From an uncultured Spirochaetota bacterium (GTDB lineage: Bacteria > Spirochaetota > Spirochaetia > SZUA-6 > Fen-1364), in the NCBI GenBank assembly GCA_963820525.1, contig CAWGAA010000002.1, positions 512,001 to 576,000 on the forward strand: a DNA stretch of 64,000 nucleotides, written 5' to 3'. Every line of letters starts with the position of its first letter. Position 1 is the stretch's first letter. The notes under the pieces were generated by a model. The model worked only from the letters and a program-made list of their open reading frames with translations, ran no database searches and was not told where the DNA came from. Shown here one piece after another: positions 58,923 to 64,000 of this stretch. Both the position numbers and the translations under genes were made by a program.

Positions 58923-59933
58923 CTAGCAGATTCGCGGCAGGAGCAGACCGCGGGGGAAATCCAGGACCCTTCTCCCGCCGATCCGCGTCGTGAGGGTCAC
59001 CGTCCCGGGAAACGCTCCCGTCACATCACCCACACAACATGCGCCGGCGCCCAGCGGGTGTGCGCGGAGGATCGTGAGGGCGGAATCGAGAGTCGAAGCC
59101 GAAACCACCGCCACCATGACCCCCTCGTTGGCTATCTCCAGGGGGCTCAAGCCGAGGATGTCCGCCGCGGCGGTGACGTCCTCGGACACGGGGAAGGCGT
59201 TCTCTTCCGCTTCTATTCCCCACGCGGCGTTGCCGGCCATTTCGTTGAGTATCGCGGCAACCCCGCCCCGGGTTGCGTCGCGCATGAAGCGCAGGTCCTC
59301 GCCCAGAGCGAAGAGCCCCTGGCACAGCGGAAAGAGCGGCGCCGCGTCCGAGCGGAGGGTCGGCCCCACCGGGAGAGATTCCCTGGCGGCTAGGATTGCG
59401 AGGCCATGGCTGCCCAGGGGGCCGGAAACGATCACGCGGTCGCCCACACGTATGCGAGCGGGCGAGATGGGGTGGGGGAAGACCCGCCTGCCGATCCCCG
59501 TGGTCGTGAGGAAGATGCCTCCGCCCTTTCCGCGGGGGACCACCTTGGTGTCGCCGGTCACGACGCGCACCCCCACCTCGGCCGATGCCGTGGCCACGGA
59601 CTCGACGATGCGCCTCATGTCGTCGAGGGGGAATCCTTCTTCAACTATGATGCCCAGGGCGATGCAGAGCGGCCGCGCGCCCGACACCGATAGATCGTTG
59701 CACGTGCCATAGACGGCGAGCCTGCCGATGTCACCTCCGGGGAAGAAAGGCGGATCGACCACGTAGCCGTCCGTTGTCACCATGAGCTCGGATCCGGGCT
59801 CAACAGCGCTCGCATCGGCAAGCTCCGGGTACGCGTCGCTCTTGAACGAGGGGTAGATGACGCTCTCCACCAGCTCTCGCGAGAGGGCCCCGCCGCTTCC
59901 ATGCTCGATCCTCACCGGGCCGGACTTTTTCAT
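58923..59933 (-). CDS. hypE: Hydrogenase maturation protein HypE
   Basis: HGSGG, FFPGGDIG, GDTKVV, RDATRGG, C-terminal LPRIC. Confidence 0.96.
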   Translation of the reverse strand: MKKSGPVRIEHGSGGALSRELVESVIYPSFKSDAYPELADASAVEPGSELMVTTDGYVVDPPFFPGGDIGRLAVYGTCNDLSVSGARPLCIALGIIVEEGFPLDDMRRIVESVATASAEVGVRVVTGDTKVVPRGKGGGIFLTTTGIGRRVFPHPISPARIRVGDRVIVSGPLGSHGLAILAARESLPVGPTLRSDAAPLFPLCQGLFALGEDLRFMRDATRGGVAAILNEMAGNAAWGIEAEENAFPVSEDVTAAADILGLSPLEIANEGVMVAVVSASTLDSALTILRAHPLGAGACCVGDVTGAFPGTVTLTTRIGGRRVLDFPRGLLLPRIC

Positions 59934-61117
59934 TTCTTTCCTCCGCTTTTCCCGCCCTCGCTCCGGGCCCGGCCTGCGAGCTCGGAGGCCTGTCGGGCGC
60001 CGCGCGCGGTCCCGCCGACGGCCGGCGCGCGGGACACGTATCTCAGGTAGGCCGCGCAGGTCCCCTCGGAGGAGACCATGCAGGGGCCGATGGGATCGTC
60101 GGGAGTGCATGCCGCGGCAAACAGGGAGCAGTCGGTTGGAAGGGCTTCTCCCGTTATGACCTTTCGGCAGAGACAGCGGGGGTTGTCGTGCTCCCGAACC
60201 TCGGGAAGCGGGAAGCGCTTCTCGGCGTCGAGAGATGAAAGCTCCGCCTTCAAGCCGAGCCCGCTCGCCGGGATCACCCCGAGTCCCCGCCACAGGGCGT
60301 CCCGCGGCTCGAGCATCTCCTCCATCATGCGAAGGGCTTTCGGGTTTCCGCCGGGCTTCACGGCGCGCGGGTAGGCGTTCTCTACCTTGTTCTCCCCGCG
60401 GGCGATCTGGCGCAGCAGCATGAGAACTCCCAGGAGCATGTCGAGGCCCTCGAAGCCCGTTATCACTCCGGGAAGACCGCCTTTCTTTTCTAGAAAGGCG
60501 TACGGCTCCGGCCCCAGGATCACCGACACGTGCCCGGGAAGGAGAAAGCCATCCACCCGCCGGGCGGGGTCTGCGGCGAGGATGCGAAGAGCGGGCGGGA
60601 TGACCTTGAAGGCGGAGTAGAGGAAGAGGTTTGCGATCCGCTGCTCGAAGGCGCGGCGGAAAACCGCGATAACCGCCGGTATCGTGGTCTCGAACCCGAT
60701 CCCCAGGAAAACGACCGGTTTCTTCTCTCCCGCTGCCAGGGACAAAAGCTCCAGGGGCGAGTACACGAGCCTGACGCCCCCCGTGCCGGAGAACGAGACA
60801 AGAGCCTCTCCGTTGGATCCCGGCACCCGCAGCATGTCCCCGAAACTCGCGATGACAACCTCTCCGCTACCGGCTAGGGAAATGGCGTTGTCGATATACC
60901 CGCTGGGTGTGACGCACACGGGACATCCGGGACCGGAAACGAGGGTAATCTTGGCGGGCAGAAGGGAGTGCACCCCCTGCTTTCGAAGCTCCACCGTATG
61001 CGTTCCGCAGACCTCCATCAGCTTGACGGGACGGCCGATCTCCTTGACCACTTTCTCTATTTCGGCGACGAGCGAGCCCGCGAGCCTCTTCTCTTCGGTC
61101 AAGGCCTTGTCGTTCAT
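59930..61117 (-). CDS. hypD: Hydrogenase maturation protein HypD
   Basis: MEVCGTHT, GPGCPVC, GFETT, PGHVS, CMVSSEGTCAAY. Confidence 0.96.
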   Translation of the reverse strand: MNDKALTEEKRLAGSLVAEIEKVVKEIGRPVKLMEVCGTHTVELRKQGVHSLLPAKITLVSGPGCPVCVTPSGYIDNAISLAGSGEVVIASFGDMLRVPGSNGEALVSFSGTGGVRLVYSPLELLSLAAGEKKPVVFLGIGFETTIPAVIAVFRRAFEQRIANLFLYSAFKVIPPALRILAADPARRVDGFLLPGHVSVILGPEPYAFLEKKGGLPGVITGFEGLDMLLGVLMLLRQIARGENKVENAYPRAVKPGGNPKALRMMEEMLEPRDALWRGLGVIPASGLGLKAELSSLDAEKRFPLPEVREHDNPRCLCRKVITGEALPTDCSLFAAACTPDDPIGPCMVSSEGTCAAYLRYVSRAPAVGGTARGARQASELAGRARSEGGKSGGKK

Positions 61118-61350
61118 CCCGCCTCGCCCCGCATGAGCTCGCCCATCTTTCGGAAGAGCTCGAGGCGCTCCTCGGCTTCCTGCAAGGAGAGGATCTCGAT
61201 CGCAAAACCGGCGTGGACTATCACATGGTCGCCGGGATTCGGCTGCTCGAGAAGTGAAACGTCGATCTCGAGCTCGCCGCTGCCCTGGGCGACAATGGCC
61301 TTGCCGCCTCCAAGCAGGCGGAGGATTTTCACGGGAACCGCAAGACACAT
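61114..61350 (-). CDS. hypC: Hydrogenase maturation chaperone HypC
   Basis: MCLAVP, GDHVIVHAGFA. Confidence 0.95.
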   Translation of the reverse strand: MCLAVPVKILRLLGGGKAIVAQGSGELEIDVSLLEQPNPGDHVIVHAGFAIEILSLQEAEERLELFRKMGELMRGEAG

Positions 61351-61361
61351 GAGAGCACCTC

Positions 61362-63692
61362 TTACTGGGGGATGAAATATACCTGGCCGAGGGAGAGCCC
61401 CCCATCCCCGGGCGGAACTCTTTCATTGAGGTAAACCTCAAACCCGTCCTGTTTCAAGAGGGGAACCAGGAGCTCCCGAAGGAGAAGGTTCTGGAACACC
61501 CCTCCGCTCAGCGCGATGCGGCCCATTCCCGTGCTCTCCCTCATGCGGCGGGCCCCTTCGAAGGCCGCCTGGCTGATTGCCTGGTGGAAGAGCAAGGCAA
61601 GCTCGCCGACGGAACTGTCAGCGGGCCGGTGAAGCAGGTATGCGATGAGGGGTGCGGGGTCGATCGTGAAGATCCGTTCCTCCTCCACAGGCGCCTCGAA
61701 CGGGAGAAGCTCCGTAGCCCGTTCCGCAGAAAGGCCCCGCCTCCCCTGGAAGAGCGCTTGCAGCCCCACACCTTCCAGCCGTATCGGTCCTTCCCCCTCA
61801 TAGCTTGTCGTCACCACCAGCCCAAGCGCGGCTGCCGCGGCGTCGAATATTCTTCCCAGGGAAGAGGTGGGAGGCGAATTGAGCCGCTTTTCAAGCATTA
61901 CGCGAACGAGCGCCTCGTCCCTGGCGGGCAGTCCGGGGATGGGGCCGGCGGCCAGGCTCGAACCGCCCGGGCGAGTCGGATCGGCCACGATCGCCAGCGC
62001 GATGCGCGGCGGGTTCAATACGGCGGCATCTCCACCGGGAAGAGGGAAGGGGCGGAAGCTTCCCAACCGCCGGAAGCCCCTGCGGGTGGCGTGGAGGAAC
62101 TCCCCGCCCCATATCGAGCCGTCGGTGCCGTATCCCGTCCCGTCGAACGAAAGCCCGATGACCTCCTCCAGACCGTGCTCCGCCATGACGGAAAGCATGT
62201 GGGCAAAGTGGTGCTGGATGGCGACGCGCCTCGGAAAATCGGCGCGCTCTGCCCACTGGGTTCCGCGGTACTGCGGATGAAGATCGTGCACGACAAGATC
62301 CACCTGCGCGTTGTAGAGGTCCAGGAGGCCGCGGATCTGCGCCTCGAACTGGGTCATCGTCTCGCGGTCGTCCAGGTCCCCGATGAAAGGGCAGAGGTGC
62401 ACGTCCGTGCCGCGTGCCAGAGCCGGGGCGTTCTTCAGGTCGCCGCCGATTCCCAGAATCGTCCCCCTGACCGGCTCCCTCAGTGTGATCAGGCGTGGCA
62501 CATAACCTCGAGAGCGGCGCATGAGAAACGATGGAGTCGAGCCTCCCCGCCTCGCGATTGAATCGTCAGAACGGAAAAGAATCCTCCTGTCGTGCATGAG
62601 AAACAGGTCCGCAGTGTCGGAGAGCCTGGCCAGCGCCTCCTCGGGGCTCGTGACAATGGGCTCGCCTGCCCGGTTTCCCGACGTCATCACGAGGTGTCCG
62701 CTGTGCAGGAGGGCTTCCGGGTGGCGAAAGATCAGGAGGTGGAGTGGAGAGTATGCAAGCATGACGCCCAGGGTGTCGGTTTCTGATACGCGGCGCAGAT
62801 GCTCGGGGGAGCCGGGCTTTCGGGGGGCAATGATGATGGGACTTTCGACGGAGCGGAGCATCCTCTCTTCCTCCTCGGACAAGAGGCATAGGCTCCTTGC
62901 TTCCTCGAGACCGCTTGCCATGAGGGCGAAGGGCTTCCGCTCCCTCTCTTTGGCCTTTCGCAGGCGATCCATCGCGCGGTCGCTCGACGGATCCGCGGCG
63001 AGGTGAAAGCCGCCGATCCCCTGCAGGGCAATGATGGCACCTTCATTGAGGGCGGCGATTGCCCGCTTCACCGGATCGCCTTCGATCGGGATGCCGCGGC
63101 CGTCTGTCACGCGAAGACGGGGTCCGCAGACTGGACAGGAATTGGTCTGGGAGTGGAAACGCCTGTCCGAAGGGTCCCCATACTCCCTCAGGCATTCGGG
63201 GCACTGCGCGAAGTCGCGCATCGACGTGGTCTCGCGGTCGAAGGGAGTACTCTCTACGATGGAATAGCGCGGCCCGCATTGGGTGCAGGTAATGAAGGGG
63301 TAGAGGTAGCGGCGGTCCGCGGGGTCCAGAAGCTCGCGGGCGCAGTCCGGACAGATGGCAAGGTCTGGAGGGATGGGCGGAAAGCTGTAATCGGACGGCG
63401 CGCTGTGCTCGATGCGGAAGGCTCGGCCGGAGGCGCTTCCTTCAAGCGGCTTGATGTCGAGGGCTTCCACCGAGGCGACATGGGCGACGGAGGGGAGGCT
63501 TCGGTTGAGGAGCTCTGCAAAGCGCCCCACCGATCCGTCTTCACCCTCGACCTCCACGATGACCTCTGACCTTCGATTCTGCACGAATCCGGCCAGGGAA
63601 AGCGATGTGGCCACCCGGTAGACGGTCGGCCTGAACCCCACCCCCTGAACCGTGCCGCGAAAGATGAAGCGCCGTCTTGAAACCCTTTTCAC
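61362..63692 (-). CDS. hypF: Carbamoyltransferase HypF
   Basis: VQGVGFRP, CxxC Zn fingers, GGFHL, QHH.AH, DGTGYG, GDGGLSLGQ; GTG start at 63692 after GAGGGG. Confidence 0.96.
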   Translation of the reverse strand: MKRVSRRRFIFRGTVQGVGFRPTVYRVATSLSLAGFVQNRRSEVIVEVEGEDGSVGRFAELLNRSLPSVAHVASVEALDIKPLEGSASGRAFRIEHSAPSDYSFPPIPPDLAICPDCARELLDPADRRYLYPFITCTQCGPRYSIVESTPFDRETTSMRDFAQCPECLREYGDPSDRRFHSQTNSCPVCGPRLRVTDGRGIPIEGDPVKRAIAALNEGAIIALQGIGGFHLAADPSSDRAMDRLRKAKERERKPFALMASGLEEARSLCLLSEEEERMLRSVESPIIIAPRKPGSPEHLRRVSETDTLGVMLAYSPLHLLIFRHPEALLHSGHLVMTSGNRAGEPIVTSPEEALARLSDTADLFLMHDRRILFRSDDSIARRGGSTPSFLMRRSRGYVPRLITLREPVRGTILGIGGDLKNAPALARGTDVHLCPFIGDLDDRETMTQFEAQIRGLLDLYNAQVDLVVHDLHPQYRGTQWAERADFPRRVAIQHHFAHMLSVMAEHGLEEVIGLSFDGTGYGTDGSIWGGEFLHATRRGFRRLGSFRPFPLPGGDAAVLNPPRIALAIVADPTRPGGSSLAAGPIPGLPARDEALVRVMLEKRLNSPPTSSLGRIFDAAAAALGLVVTTSYEGEGPIRLEGVGLQALFQGRRGLSAERATELLPFEAPVEEERIFTIDPAPLIAYLLHRPADSSVGELALLFHQAISQAAFEGARRMRESTGMGRIALSGGVFQNLLLRELLVPLLKQDGFEVYLNERVPPGDGGLSLGQVYFIPQ

Positions 63693-63761
63693 AACCCCTC
63701 GCCAGCCAATGCTACTATGCCGCCCGCCGCATTGACCACCCCCGTTGGGGCGTGTACCCTG

Positions 63762-63810
63762 GCCACGGATGGCTGAGGTCGGCTGAGGCAGGGATGCCGG
63801 CAGGCCGACT
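63762..63810 (+). promoter_or_regulatory. Two ANGGA-loop hairpins in a 5' leader (CsrA-site-like)
   Basis: GCCACGGATGGC, then GGCAGGGATGCC nested in GTCGGC/GCCGAC, just before a GGAGG RBS. Confidence 0.5.
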
Positions 63811-63825
63811 TTTCGGGAGGAGCGC

Positions 63826-63999
63826 ATGGCGAACATCGTTTTAAAGGCCCACGACCTCGACGGTTTCTTGAGCCCTTCCGACAAGCGGATCATCGAAGAG
63901 GTCAACGCGCGCTTCACTCACGCCCTGGAGTATTTCCGCCTGCTGTCGGATCCCGAGAAGATCGCGAGCCACGACGGCGCGACGAGCGAGCTCATCACC
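63826..63999 (+). CDS. Hypothetical protein, runs off the window
   Basis: GGAGGAG RBS; MANIVLKAHDLDGFLSPSDKRIIEEVNARF... open to the end. Confidence 0.7.
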   Translation, partial: MANIVLKAHDLDGFLSPSDKRIIEEVNARFTHALEYFRLLSDPEKIASHDGATSELIT

Positions 64000-64000
64000 C

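Noticed and set aside
63693..63917. N-terminal extension of HypF
   Set aside because: It overlaps a divergent gene and its leader; the GTG at 63692 has an RBS and fits the acylphosphatase domain start.

Overview
A 64-kb chromosomal window from a high-GC, anaerobic bacterium, most likely in Spirochaetota (inferred from flgI without flgH and the flgF-flgG-flgA-flgI-flgJ-sigma-deacetylase-tsaD order known from the Borrelia rpoS locus). Most of it is core content: cinA, rho, rpmE, galK, surE, a 2-oxoacid:ferredoxin oxidoreductase operon, a Btu/Fec-type ABC importer, liv ABC importer, flagellar rod/P-ring genes, two RpoS-like sigma factors, tsaD, apt, hypFCDE and several cyclic-nucleotide signalling genes. 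The accessory part is an ~8.6-kb AT-richer island (23935-32512) at the 3' end of tRNA-Leu(TAA), bounded by a 57-bp direct repeat and encoding no integrase. It carries an OLD-type ABC-ATPase/TOPRIM gene paired with a small Cys/His HNH-like ORF, an array of three integron-type gene cassettes (attC sites, no intI), an IS3-family element and a DEDDh exonuclease, so it is a candidate defence island. Also notable: a dispersed ANGGA-loop hairpin motif with compensatory changes (CsrA-site-like), a sigma54-like promoter/enhancer upstream of the Borrelia-type rpoS, a homopolymer frameshift in a Mut7-C gene and a 53-aa ORF below the ORF-track cutoff. All calls are from reading motifs by eye; no database searches were run.
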